From contig CM126203.1 in the NCBI GenBank assembly GCA_052327205.1, forward strand, positions 303,428,001 through 303,492,000: 64,000 bases of DNA, in the 5' to 3' direction. This DNA is from Somniosus microcephalus. Its lineage: Eukaryota. Below the pieces are notes generated by a model, which worked only from the letters and a program-made list of their open reading frames with translations, did no database searches and had not been told where the DNA came from. The position numbers and the translations under genes were made by a program. Positions 1-12,000 of the stretch are shown here, piece after piece. Within the stretch, counting starts at the first letter, position 1; each line of letters opens with the position of its first letter.

Positions 1-371
1 GTAGAGGACCTTTGTCTTACGGAGTCAGTCAGTCAGTCAGTCAATGCCTGGAGTATGGACTATTTATTGGCCTGACAGCAGAATCAGGACTCAAATGTTT
101 TCCAGTGTTTTTCTTTTAGTTTCCTTGTCATTACCAGAAGTCATTTATCTAGACAATATAATGCATCATTTAATTTTGGTAGAATCATTTCAGACAATGT
201 TCTTATTCTACACACCTCCTCCCTCACAATTTATATCAGGGGCATGTAGGAGAAGAAATGGCATCTGCTTTTTGGTATCCAGTTTACCCTCTCACCCAGT
301 AATTTCCCCTCTACTTCTTTTGACCGCTAGCATGCAGAGGAACTGGCTAATGAAATCTGAAATTATGTTAG

Positions 372-373
<2 letters not shown>

Positions 374-424
<51 letters not shown>
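374..424. repeat. (TG)n microsatellite
   Basis: Uninterrupted TG dinucleotide run. Confidence 0.98.
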
Positions 425-427
<3 letters not shown>

Positions 428-782
428 TGTAAAATATTTATTCCTGTCGTCATTTTTAAAATTCTTTTACTTTCGGTAAAATTTATTTATCTGAGCTGCT
501 GCATCGACATCGACTGCTGCCCAGGAAGGCTAAAATTCTAGTACTGAACCTATATGACTGTTATCATCTCATCAGACATAGGGCTAGGTAGGATTCCAGG
601 CTAATTTGAAGGTTTCAGGTTTGCTTTTGAAATTTGACATTTGATTCAACAGAATTAAGAACAATTCAGACATTCTCTTGGGTAGTAAATGAAATAAAGG
701 ATGCTGCAGATTTGACATGTAATGTAGATACAGTAAAGCTCTGGTGTTTGACTTTCGTTGATTTCTCTTTTTCTCAATGCAG

Positions 783-1000
783 GCAATCGGGACGGCAGCT
801 CTGATACTTTGTATCCTTATCATTGTGGATCCAATGAACAAGCCAGTGCCAACAGGACTGGAGGCCTTTACCATTGGCTTTGTGGTTCTGATAATTGGCT
901 GGTCAATGGGTTCAAATTCCCAGTACTCATTAAATCCTGCCAGAGATATTGGACCTCGCTTGTTTACTGCAATTGCTGGTTGGGGATCTGAAGTTTTCAC
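783..1000 (+). CDS. aqp3: Aquaglyceroporin AQP3-type gene, upstream copy, exon 5 (second NPA box)
   Basis: AG acceptor 781-782 after a pyrimidine tract, GT donor at 1001. Length 218 bp as in mammalian AQP3 exon 5. Encodes [32 protein letters not shown]...[26 protein letters not shown], with the NPARD aquaglyceroporin signature. Confidence 0.93.
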
Positions 1001-1999
1001 GTATGTTTTGTTATCATTTCTTATTAGTAGATATGCTAATAATTCCTTTTCAATTAGAATTACTATTTGTTGACTAGAAAGTATGATTAATATTAACCAT
1101 TAAACGATGATGCACTTTTCTGTACATGTACTCTAAGAAAATTGAACGCCATCGTCAGTAGCCCCCCAGAAGAACTGCTAGAATGGGTTTCTTCCTGAAA
1201 TTTAAGGCATAGTAAAGCTGAGTTAAAGGGCTCCTATATATGCCTATATATATGTAACTGAACAGGGCAGTGAAACTGATGAAATGTTAGCAAAAAGCCA
1301 GTCATCTTGTCAGAATGTCCGAGCACTGTCATTGGTCGTGCATTCAGAGTAAGCCTGATACTTTGTGAGTCCATTGGACTACACAATATTCGACTCTCGG
1401 GCGAGGGGCACTGTTCAAGAGGGTTGTCTTCTTCATTTAGAGGATGATTTTCTTGAGTCAGTTAGAGTATTCTGTCACCAAAATATTCTTGTTTTTGGAG
1501 GGTTTTTTCTTTACTCTGGCTATAGAGCACATTCCATTAGGCAAGGAAAAGCAGTTTCTAGACTTTGTAGTTTGGTTGTCAACTCCTCCTAGATTTTCTA
1601 ACAGCTTGAACAATTTTCTCCTAAAGGAGAAGTTAAAGTTGGTAATCTTGCCACAGATCACTTAGACCGATCTTGGAGATTGACTGGGAGCCATACGCCC
1701 TTTCCAGAAGAAGATGCTTAAGATTCAGTGTGCAAGGAATAGGTTACCAATAGAAAGTACTCCCTTTCAGCCTGACTTGATCATAAAGACTATTACTGTC
1801 AGTAGTGGACAGCATTCCATTGCATATAGCGTGTATAAATCTGAATTCCCTCTCACAACCTAGCAAGGGCAGCAGTTCAGCAGGTCTTGACTATGTTAGG
1901 ATATTAAGGGGAACTTGTTGTTTGTTCATGGGATGTGAGGGACTCTGGCAGGGCCGCATTTATTGTCCATGTCTAGTGTGGGTCATCTTTTTGACCTTG

Positions 2000-2460
2000 T
2001 GCCAGCCGTGGCTCAGTTGGTAGCACCCTCACCTCTGCGTCAGAAGGTTGTGGGTTCAAGTCCCACTCCAGAGACTTGAGCACACAAATCTAGGCTGACA
2101 TTCCAGTGCAGTACTGAGGGAGGGCTGCATTGTCGGAGGTGCTGTTTTTTGGATGAGATGTTAAACCGCGGCCCCGTCTGCTCTCTCAGGTGGATGTAAA
2201 AGATCCTATGGCACTATTTCGAAGAAGAGCAGGTGAGTTATCCCCGGTGTCCTGGCCAATATTTATCCCTCAATCAACATAACAAAAACAGATTATCTGG
2301 CCATTATCACATTGCTGTTTGTGGGAGCTAACTGTGCGCAAATTGGTTGCCGTGTTCCCTACATTACTACACTTCAAAAAGTAGTTCATTGGCGGTAACG
2401 TGCTTTGGGACGTCCGGCGGTCGTGAAAGGTACTATATAAATGCAAGCCTTTCTTTCTTT
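2000..2460 (+). mobile_element. tRNA-derived DeuSINE (SacSINE1/AmnSINE1-like)
   Basis: A box TGGCTCAGTTGG, B box GGTTCAAGTCC, Deu-domain-like core (GATGTAAAAGATCC...GTCCTGGCCAATATTTATCCCTCAA) and L2-type tail ATAAATGCAAG(CTTT)n. Interrupts an older LINE fragment. Confidence 0.8.
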
Positions 2461-2945
2461 ACTGCAATCCTTGTGGTGATGTTGCTCCCATGATGGTATT
2501 AGGTAGGGAGTTCCAGAGACAATGAAAGAATGCTGCTCGATGCCCATGTTAGGATGGTGCACATATTGAAGGGGGCCTTGGTGATGGTGTTCTTGTGATG
2601 TTAGTGGTCTTGTTCTTCACAGTGGTAGAGGTCACATGGTTAGGAGGTGCTGTTGAAGTAAACTTGGTGAGTTGCTGCAGTGCATCTTATAGATAGTACA
2701 TACTGTAGCCATAGTGTGCTGGTGATGAAGGGGTTGAATATTGCATCTAGTGGCAGGTTGCCAAACAAATGGACTGCCTTGGTGTCGAGCTTCTTGAGTG
2801 TTCTTTTAGCTGCACTCGTCCAGATGAGTGGCAAGTTATCCATCGCATTCCTGACTTGATCCTTGTAGATGGTGGCGAGGCTTTAGGGCTTTAGGTGGTA
2901 AGTCACTCGTCAAAGAGTCACTGGCACAGCCCTGTTCTTGTAGCT
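2461..2945 (-). mobile_element. Degenerate CR1-group LINE 3' fragment
   Basis: Resembles the reverse complement of the 3' part of the old LINE at 16390-18340; no intact ORF. Confidence 0.5.
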
Positions 2946-3094
2946 TCAATGTTGATACTCTTGATATGCCACTGAAAATGGAATTGCTAAAATGACACGT
3001 CTATATGCTGAAGTGTATTCTGATAGCATTTTGTCATTTTATTTTATTGATTCACTGTAAAGTCCACCTTTGTCATGTTTCTCTCTTTTTTCAG

Positions 3095-3269
3095 TGCTGG
3101 AAACTATTGGTTTTGGATCCCACTTGTCAGCCCAATCATTGGTGCCATTTTTGGTGTTCTGATGTATCTATTCATTGTTGGATTGCGTGTTGAAGCAAGA
3201 AGCGGCTGCTCACCCAATGCAGAACAAAATGTAAAGTTAATGAGCCAGAAACCAAAGGGGAGGCGCTAA
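3095..3269 (+). CDS. aqp3: AQP3-type gene, upstream copy, terminal coding exon 6
   Basis: TTTTTTCAG acceptor, phase 2 matching exon 5. Encodes AGNYWFWIPLVSPIIGAIFG...EQNVKLMSQKPKGRR-stop; the NVKL C-terminal motif is shared with AQP3. Confidence 0.92.
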
Positions 3270-3564
3270 TGATTAGATAGTGCATGGATTGTGATTTTCT
3301 GAAGAATTTTGTTTTAATAATCTTCATGATATTCACCACTTAATTTGTTTAGTCCAACGCCTTTGAGAATTGCATTTCTTTTCACATTTCTTTTCACATT
3401 TTCAAAATTTGTATATTTTCTATCATTTTATTATCTGCAGAATCAATTTTTTGTGTATTTCTAATACTGGACGAGAGAGAGAAATATGCAAGACAATAGA
3501 TCTTTTCATAATTTTCAATATTTTCTGAATTTGTAAACCATTTTGTATATTTTATTTTGAATTA

Positions 3565-3570
3565 AATAAA
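3565..3570 (+). terminator. Candidate polyadenylation signal of upstream aqp3
   Basis: AATAAA about 300 nt after the stop, in a U-rich 3' UTR. Confidence 0.5.
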
Positions 3571-6500
3571 CTACTGTAGAACTCAAAGGGTCAGTGGCCG
3601 ATAGAGTCTGTATTTCATCAATTTAATTGACTAACCAAAAACAATAAAAGACATAACAACTGCCCAGCAGGCACGTATCCCTAATCACATTTCATTATAT
3701 GAAAGTGCTGGAGTTTCTTTTTATTAATAAACTGATGTTAAGGTCATAGCTCATAATAGAGAACATCACCAAAGTTGAAGATGAGGTGCTGTTCCTTGAG
3801 TTTACGTTGAGCTTCCGTGGAACAATGCAAGAGGCCAAGGGTGGTGAGGTCCGAGTGGGAATGGAGTGGTGAATTAAAATGATAGGCGACCGGAAGCTCA
3901 GGGTCACCCTTCCGGACTGAATGGGGGTGTTCCGCAAAGCGGTCACCCAATGTGCGTTTGGTCTCCCCAATGTAGAAGAGACCGCATCGTGAGCAACGAA
4001 TACAGTATACTAGATTGCAAGAAGTACAAGTAAGTCGCTGTTTCACCTGGAAGGGGTGTTTGGGGCCCTGGACAGTGGGAAGGGGGGAGGTATAGGGGCA
4101 GGTGTTACATCTCCTGCGCTTGCACGGGAAGGTGCCAGGCAAAGGGCAAGGGGTGCTGGGGGTGAAAGAGGAGTGGACTAGGGTGTCTCGGAGGGAGCGG
4201 TCCCTACGGAATGCTGAAAGGGGAGGGGAGGGGAAGATGCGTTTGGTGGTGGGATCACTTTGGTGGTAGCGGAAATGGCGGAGGATGATCCGTTGAATGT
4301 GGAGGCTGGTGGGGTGAAAGGTGAGGACAAGGGGAACCCTATCGTGGTTCCGGGAGGGAGGGGCAGGGGTGAGGGCAGAAGTGCGGGAGATAGAATGGAC
4401 ACGGTCGAGGTCCGTATCAACCACGGTAGAGGGGAATCCTCGGTTGAGGAAAAAGGAAGACATGTCGGAAGCACTGGTGTGGAAAGTGGCATCGTCGGAG
4501 CAGATGCGGCGGAGACAGAGAAACTGGGAGAATGGAATAGAGTCCTTACAGGAGGCAGGGTGGGAGAAAGTGTAGTCCAGGTAGCTGTGGGAGTCAGTGG
4601 GCTTGTAGTGTATATTGGTCAATAACCTATCCCCAGAGATGGAGACGGAGAAGTCGAGGAAGGGAAGGGAAGAGTCAGAGATGGACCATGTGAAGGTGAG
4701 GGAAGGGTGGAAATTGGAGGCAAAGTGAATGAAATTGTCTAGTTCAGTGCGAGAGCAGGAAACGGCACCGATACAGTCATCAATGTATTGGAAAAAGAGG
4801 TGAGGGAGGGGACCTGAGTAGGACTGGAACAAAGAGTGTTCCACGAAAAGGCAGGCATAGCTAGGACCCATGCGGGTACCTATAGCAACACCTTTGATTT
4901 GGAGGAAATGAGTGGAGTTAAAGGAGAAGTTGTTCAATGTAAGAACAAGTTCAGCCAGGCGGAGGAGGATAGTGGTGGATGGGGACTGTTCGGGCCTCTG
5001 TTCAAGGAAGAAGCGGAGTGCCCTCAGGCCATCCTGGTGGGGGATGGAGGTGTAGAGGGATTGTACATCCATGGTGAAAGGAAGCGGTTGGGACCAGGAA
5101 ACTGGAAACTGTTAAAGTGGCGGAGGGCGTCCGAAGAGTCGCGGATGTAGGTGGGAAGAGACTGGACAAGGGGAGAAAAGATAGTGTCGAGATAGGAAGA
5201 GATAAGTTCCGTGGGGCAAGAACAGGCTGAAACGATGGGTCTACCAGGGCAGTCCTGTTTGTGGATCTTGGGAAGGAGGTAGAAGCGGGCTGTGCGGGGT
5301 TGGGGAACTATGAGGTTGGTGGCCATGGAGGGAAGATCTCCAGAAGAGATGAGGTCAGTGACAGTCTTGGAAACGGTGGTTTGATGTTCGGTAGTGGGGC
5401 CATGGTCCAGGTGGAGGTAGGAGGAGGTGTCGGAGAGTTGGCGTTCAGCTTCCGCTAGGTAGAGGTCAGTTCGCCAAACAACAACAGCACCACCCATGTC
5501 AGCAGGTTTAATGACAATGTCAGGGTTTGATCTAAGAGAATGGAGTGCTGCAAGTTCAGAGGGAGGTAGGTTGGAGTGAGTGAGGGGAGCAGAGAAATGG
5601 AGACGGCTGATGTCACGGCGGCAGTTAGCGATGAAAAGATCTAGAGAGGGTAAGAGGCCATGGGGAGGGGTCCAGGTAGAATGGGAATTCTGAAAGCGGG
5701 AGAAAGGGTCAGTCGTGCGGGGGAAGACGCCTGGCCAGAGAAGTGGGCATGGAGACGAAGGCGGCGGAAAAAGAACTCAACATCGTGCCGAGCTCGAAAT
5801 TCATTGAGGTGGGGGCGTAAGGGGATGAAGCTCAGGCCTTTGCTGAGGACTGATCATTCGGGGTCAGAGAGTGGAAGGTCAGAGGGGATAGTGAAAATGC
5901 GGCAGGGGGTGAGATTGGGAGAAGGGGGGTCAGAGGAAAGTGAAGGGGAAGAAGGTTCCGGAGGGGCGTTGGTGTCCAAGAGTTGATGAAGCTTGCGATC
6001 CTTGACATCGGAAAGGAAGAAAAAAAGTTTTTTGTTGAAGCGTCGGATCAGTCGAAGGATGAAATGGAACTGTGGACCCGGACAGCTTTAAGATAGAGTG
6101 CGCCGGTGTTGCTGAAGAGAGAGGTCGAAAGTGTTCATGTGGCGCCGCATGGCGTTGAGCGTGGATCTCAAGATGCGGCGAGAGCAGTAGTTCGAGGAAC
6201 GATGAATGTCTTGGAGATATTTGTAATCCTGGGTGGATCCGAAACACGAAGGGTGGAAGTTTAGTTGGAATCCACGTGGAATAAGTCGGAACCGGAGACA
6301 GTTGCTCAGGAAAATGATGTGGCTGTGAAACCGAGTCTTGGCAGATACCTGATCAAACACGAGAAGGGAAACTGAAAGTAATGAAGATGAACAAGTTTGA
6401 AGAGCCAAACGGCGATCCCGTCGAAGAGAAGAGCAGAACTTCTTCAAGGTAGGCATTCCTAGAAGAGGTGTGGCAGTGAACCAAACACTAGTACGATAGC

Positions 6501-6590
6501 AAAATACTGCAGATGCTGGAAATCCGAAATAACAACAGAAAATGCTGGAAAAACTCAGCAGGCCAGGCAACATCCGTGGAGAGAAATTAG

Positions 6591-6625
6591 AGTCGATGTT
6601 TCGGGTCTAACCCTTTTTCAAAACT
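6591..6625 (-). ncRNA. Minimal type I hammerhead ribozyme motif (U3-A8 variant) in Penelope pLTR
   Basis: Minus strand reads AGTT-TTGAAAA-A-GGGT(TAG)ACCC-GAAA-C-ATC-GACT; the GTC triplet has apparently decayed to ATC at a CpG. Confidence 0.65.
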
Positions 6626-6736
6626 GGAAAGGAAATGAAATAGATCGAAAGGCAGGGCTGAGAGAGAACAAAAGAAGTGAAGAGACATTAAGAGGTATTC
6701 AAAACCAGACAAGTTGGTGATAGGACTAGTGGAGAC

Positions 6737-6900
6737 AAAGATGTGCGGGTTAGGTTGATTGGCTATGATAAAAATTGACCCTTAGTGTTAGGGGGATTAA
6801 ATACGTGGGGTTATGGGGATCGGGTGGAATATGTGTCGGTGCAGGCTTGATGGGCCGAAATGGCCTCTATCTGCACTGTGGGGTTTCTGTGATTCTGTGA
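6737..6900 (+). mobile_element. 5'-truncated HE1-like V-SINE inserted in the Penelope 3' UTR
   Basis: Near-identical to the 3' half of the SINE at 29703-30049; absent from the Penelope copy at 18341-21066. Confidence 0.85.
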
Positions 6901-7558
6901 AAAGACGGCTCAGATTAGGTGTGAAATATTCTGGCAGATTGAGAGCTACCATGTGGGAGAGAGAAAAAAAAAGGAAGGGGCGGGGAGGGAAAAACCAAAA
7001 CAAAGGGGTGGATAAAAAATATAAGTAAAAATGTAATAGGGACCGAGGTTATGATCTGAAATTGTTGAACTCGATATTGAGTCCGGAAGGCTGTAAAGTG
7101 CCTAATCGGAAGATGAGGTGCTGTTCCTCGAGCTTACGTTGAGCTTCCGTGGAACAATGCAAGAGGCCAAGGATGGTGAGGTCCGAGTGGGAATGGAGCG
7201 GTGAATTAAAATGACAGGCGACCGGAAGCTCGGGGTCACCCTTATGGACTGAACGGAGGTGTTCCGCAAAGCGGTCACCCAATCTGCGTTTGGTCTCCCC
7301 AATGTAGAAGAGACCGCACCGTGAGCAGCGAATACAGTATACTAGATTGCAAGAAGTACAAGTAAATCGCTGTTTCACCTGGAAGGGGTGTTTGGGGCCC
7401 TGGACAGTAGGAAGGTTGTCATTAGGCTGGGTGTCAAACATCTGAACCAAAGCACAAGCACCAAGAGATAGCACTGTGCCAACACAAGCTGCCAACACTC
7501 GCACGCTACATAATAGAGGAAATAAGGGTCCGTGTGCGCGACTTAAACATTGTGCTGG

Positions 7559-7787
7559 TGATGTGCCAAATAACTGCCCGAATCCGTGAAGTTAAAGCTT
7601 AAGACTGAAGCCTTTTATTAGATAAGAATCATGGCAGAGTTAACAGAGTTCATCATCGACCGAGCCCTTGGTAGAACATACCAGAAGAGGGGCGGGGCCA
7701 GGGAGGAGCATTAGTGGTTCCCCCGGTGGAACATTCCAGACATTACAAGTACAAGTACAAATATCAGAACACAGTTATTTCATCACA
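7559..7787 (-). mobile_element. Gypsy solo LTR (229 bp)
   Basis: 5-bp TSD GCTGG (7554-7558, 7788-7792). Minus-strand termini TGTGATGAAATA...GGCACATCA match the LTR at 43160-43448; contains AATAAA. Confidence 0.88.
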
Positions 7788-9041
7788 GCTGGGTAATTCA
7801 TTACAACATAGCAAGAGCCCAGCAGTAGATGACAATAGACTGTATTTGATGAACTGTGTACGGAAGTGTAGTTTAGACATAGTTACTTAGCAGATGTGGT
7901 TTGCTCCTTTCAGGGCTGGTGTAGCGCTGGCACTCTTTAAAAGGCAGCAGGAATAAATGCTCGGCACGTCAGGTTTTCCTTGCTGCATTGCTGGTATTAC
8001 TGCAAATTCTTCAGTGGCATTTTCATCCTGTTCTTCATCTCTTGAGCGCATTAACATTCGAGATCCATTTTCAACCTCCAACCATTCTGTTAGTGTTGGG
8101 AAATGTACAGTAAATGAGCACTGTGTTGGCACAATGAGCACTTGATTTCACACAGTGAGGACCCAGGCAGGAGGAAGAGTGTAGGGCTGTATAGAAGCAA
8201 GAGCAGAAGATTCTGAAGACTAATAAAGATGGACGTGTTAGTAAAATAGATAGAGAGAGAGATGGAAAAGTGAAATCGGTGTCAAGATTTTTTGCTTATA
8301 AGAGATGCAGTAAGTGATCTATCTAATGATGGCTATAGGGTGTCAGTTTTCTGAAAACTCTACTTAGGAGTTGGTAATTTTGGTATTACTTAAATACAGG
8401 ATGAATTAACTTTCTATCCCATACTCCAGCAGAACCTGCTGGAGACTACTATGATCACATTATGCAATTGTTAGAGGTCATACAAGGCTTTTTGGTGTAG
8501 AGGACTATGAGGTAATTTTATTTTTCTATTCAAAATGGCAAGTTAAGAGTACATGTATATTGAAGATTAAATCTATCTATATTGACTGCGCTCCAGTCTA
8601 TTTGTATATTTAATGAGGACTGAAAATTTGTGGCCAGAGGCTCAACAGAGCTAACCGAGCCCAGTGACCTATCCAACTTCAGTTCTATTAATATTTTTTG
8701 AACCAATTCTTTTTCTACAGTAATCTCTAACAATTGTTCTATATCCTCCTCTAGTGTACCATAGAAACATAGAAGATAGGAGCAGGAGTAGGCCATTTGG
8801 CCTCTCGAGCCTGCTCCACCATTATATGAGATCATGGCTGATCATCCAAATTCAGTACCCTGTCCCTGCTTTCTCCCCATATCCCTTGATCCCTTTAGCC
8901 TTAAGAAATATATCTACCTCCTTCTTGAATGCATTTAATGAATTGGCCTCTACTGCCTTCTGTGGTAGAGAATTCCACAGGTTCACCACTCTCTGGGTGA
9001 AGAAATTCCTCCTCATCTCTGTCCTAAATGGCTTACCCCTT

Positions 9042-12000
9042 TGTATTGATTTCTTTGTGGGTTCAATGACGAGACATTTATGAAAGAGAATGTCTTTTAA
9101 TCTAAAGTTTGTTCAACTCTGGTTAACAGCCTTACAGGAGACACCATGCTAGAAATCCATCTAAAACGAAACTAAAACTAAAACTGCTTGTCTCTGTCAC
9201 ATGCCCTCTGCTGGTCAGGCATAAGTAATCAATCAGGCAACTATGCTGGTAAGGCATCACAATCAAACAGGCAAATACCATCACTATTTGCTGATATCAT
9301 TACATCTCCCTTTCTTAAAACAAAAGTATTTTACTTTTAACTAACAACATGTTTTCTTTGTATTAATCTGCATTTTAACTGTAACACTTAATGAACTTAC
9401 ATTATCATTATCATGATCAAGGTTTTTTAACCTTGTTTTGTGTTCACATGAAATATGTAAATACACTAGAACTTGAAGAGAGAATAAGATAACATTACTT
9501 CCTTCTATAACAATAGTCCTTAAATTTGCTCAATGAGTCTCTCAGGAGGCTTCACGCGTCTTGAGGATTTTCTGATTGATTGTCCTTGAATCTGAGTTGT
9601 TGCCTCAGATGATTGGTTTTCAGCTGTGTGATCAGGTTGTTCAACAGTATCAGTCTTTTGACTTGCTGTGGCTGGTCCCATGAGAAGATCTCGACGATTT
9701 CTTCGCAGAACAGCACCCTCATCTGTCTGAATGGTGTATGATCTTGGTTGAACTTCATTCAGGACAGTTCCCTCCTGAGTCCATATGTTTGTTTTGTCTT
9801 TGAACCTTACTTGGTCACCAGTGTGGAGTTCAGGGAGGTTTTGTGTTCCTCTGTCATAGTAGTACTTTTGTTGTTCTTTGAACTTCCTCACTTTCTCCCC
9901 CTCTTTTGTTTTCAGGAGGTTCTCCGGGATGGGTAGGTTTGACCTTAGCAGACGTCCCATAAGGAGTTGGGCTGGTGACATACCACACTCGAGCGGCGTT
10001 GTGCGGTATACAAGCATGCTCTGGTGGAAGTCAGTTCCACTGTCTTTTGCCTTGTACATCAGTCTTTTCACTGTCTGGACCGATTTTTCCACTAGACCAT
10101 TGGACTGTGGAAAGTGAGGACTTGACGTTGTGTGGACAAAGTCCCACTCTTTGGCAAAGTGTCGGAAACTTGCATTGTAAAACTGGGGTCCGTTGTCTGT
10201 GAAGACCTCGCTTGCCACGCCATGTCTGGAGAATATGGCTTTCATACATCTTATCACAGCATCTGCAGTCTGCAGTGGTGGTGTACAGTCTACAAACCTC
10301 TGGATACAGGGAGTAATAGTCTGTGACTACAAGATAGTCCTTCCCTTGACATACGAATAGGTCAGCGCCTACCTTCTGGTAAGGTCTGTCTGGTGCTGGG
10401 TGTGGCTTTAGTGGTTCTACCGGATTGCTTGCTCGATATTTCAGGCATATTGTGCAGTTTGACACCTCATTTGTCACATCTTGGTTGATTCGTGGCCAGT
10501 ACATCACCTCTCGTGCTCTTTTCTTACACTTTGATTCCCAGATGTCCTCCATGGATCCTTTTTAGCATCTCTTTTCTCAGACTCTTTGGGATAACTATTT
10601 TACTTCCTTTGTAGATGATGTCTTCGACCACTGATAGTTCCGCCCTGCAGTTCCAGTACTCTGCCATGTCAGGTGAGCAGTCTTGCTTCATGTTGGGCCA
10701 TTCATCCAAGATGCTTTTCCTCAGTCATCTCATTGTTTCATCTTTGTTTGTCTCAGTCTTTATGAGCTCCATTTTTGCATCTGCTATGGGCAGTGCACTT
10801 GTGATCATGTCCACGTAGGCGTTCACTTTTTCATCCATTTTGGTGTTTGCGGGCTCACATGGATCAACAGCTCTGGACAACGTGTCTGCTGTATACGTCA
10901 GCTTACCCGGTGTGTACGCAACATTCAGTGTATAGCGTTGCAGCCTGATCATCATTCTTTGTATTCTAAGCGGACAGCTATTTAGTGGCTTTTGGAACAA
11001 TGCAATCAAAGGCTTATGGTCAGTCTCTACACTGATTGCTTGTCCTGCCACAAACTGGTGAAATCTTTCACAGGCGTATGTGATGCTGAGCAGCTCCTTT
11101 TCTATTTGAGCATATCGCGTCTCCGCGTCTGTCATTGAGCACGATGCATATGCAATAGGTTGCCAGTAGTCATATTTTTGCAGAAGAATGGCACCGAGCC
11201 CACTCTGGTGATGCATCTGATGATATCTTGATGGGTCTCGCTGGGTCATAAAACCTCAGAACTGGTTCCTCTGTGAGCAGTTTCTTTAGATCGCTCCATG
11301 ACTTCTCATGCTCATGATTCCATTCCCATTCTATGTTCTTTTCAGTCAGTCTTCTCAGTGGCGCCATCTTTTCTGAGAGGTTGGATATGAATTTACCCAT
11401 GTAGTTGATCATTCCATTAAACCTCTGCATGTCCTTTTTGCATTGTGGCTTTGGCATATTCTCAATGGCGGACACCTTTCTGGGATCTGGCCTGATGCCC
11501 TCACTGCTAAGGATATCTCCCACGAATGTCAGTTCTGTCACCCTGAGCTGGCATTTCTCTCTATTCAGCTTCAGGTTTGTTTTCCTTGTTGCTTCTAGCA
11601 CTTTTTTCAGTCTCTCGTCATGCTCAGTTCTCGTGGTTCCCCATACTATGATGTCATCCATTGATGTATCAACTCCCTCCAGGTGCTCATAGATCATATG
11701 GATAGTTTTGTGATACACTTCAGGAGCTGAGGCAATGCCAAATGGTAACCTTAGGAATCTGTATCTGCCAAATGGACTGTTGAACGTGCACAGTCTTGAA
11801 CTTGCCTCGTCCAATTTCATCTGCCAAAATCCTGATGATGCATCTAACTTGCTGAAATACTTTGCATTTGCAAACTGTGCCATGATTTCCTCACGTGTAG
11901 GAAGCTTGAAGTGCTCTCTCTTTATTGCTCTGTTTAGATCTCTTGGATCCAGGCAAATTCTGAGCTTTCCATTCTTTTTTGTCCACAACGACAAGGGAAC

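Larger units (their letters stand above)
3777..7415 (-). mobile_element. Penelope-like retroelement (Neptune-type), pseudo-LTR/partial tandem, frameshifted
   Basis: ORF begins near 6456 (MPTLKKFC...). RT has YIDD, followed by a Cys-rich linker CKRRRCNTC and a C-terminal GIY-YIG (VYCIRCSRC..YIGETKR). An upstream copy of the GIY-YIG end plus 3' UTR lies at 6496-7415. Confidence 0.92.

Noticed and set aside
44-541. 165-aa ORF with CVCVCV run
   Set aside because: Chance ORF through the (TG)n microsatellite in an aqp3 intron; no domain
4178-5986. Multiple overlapping antisense or alternative-frame ORFs in Penelope (and in the Gypsy elements)
   Set aside because: Explained by the strand-skewed, stop-poor composition of the element ORFs; no recognisable domains
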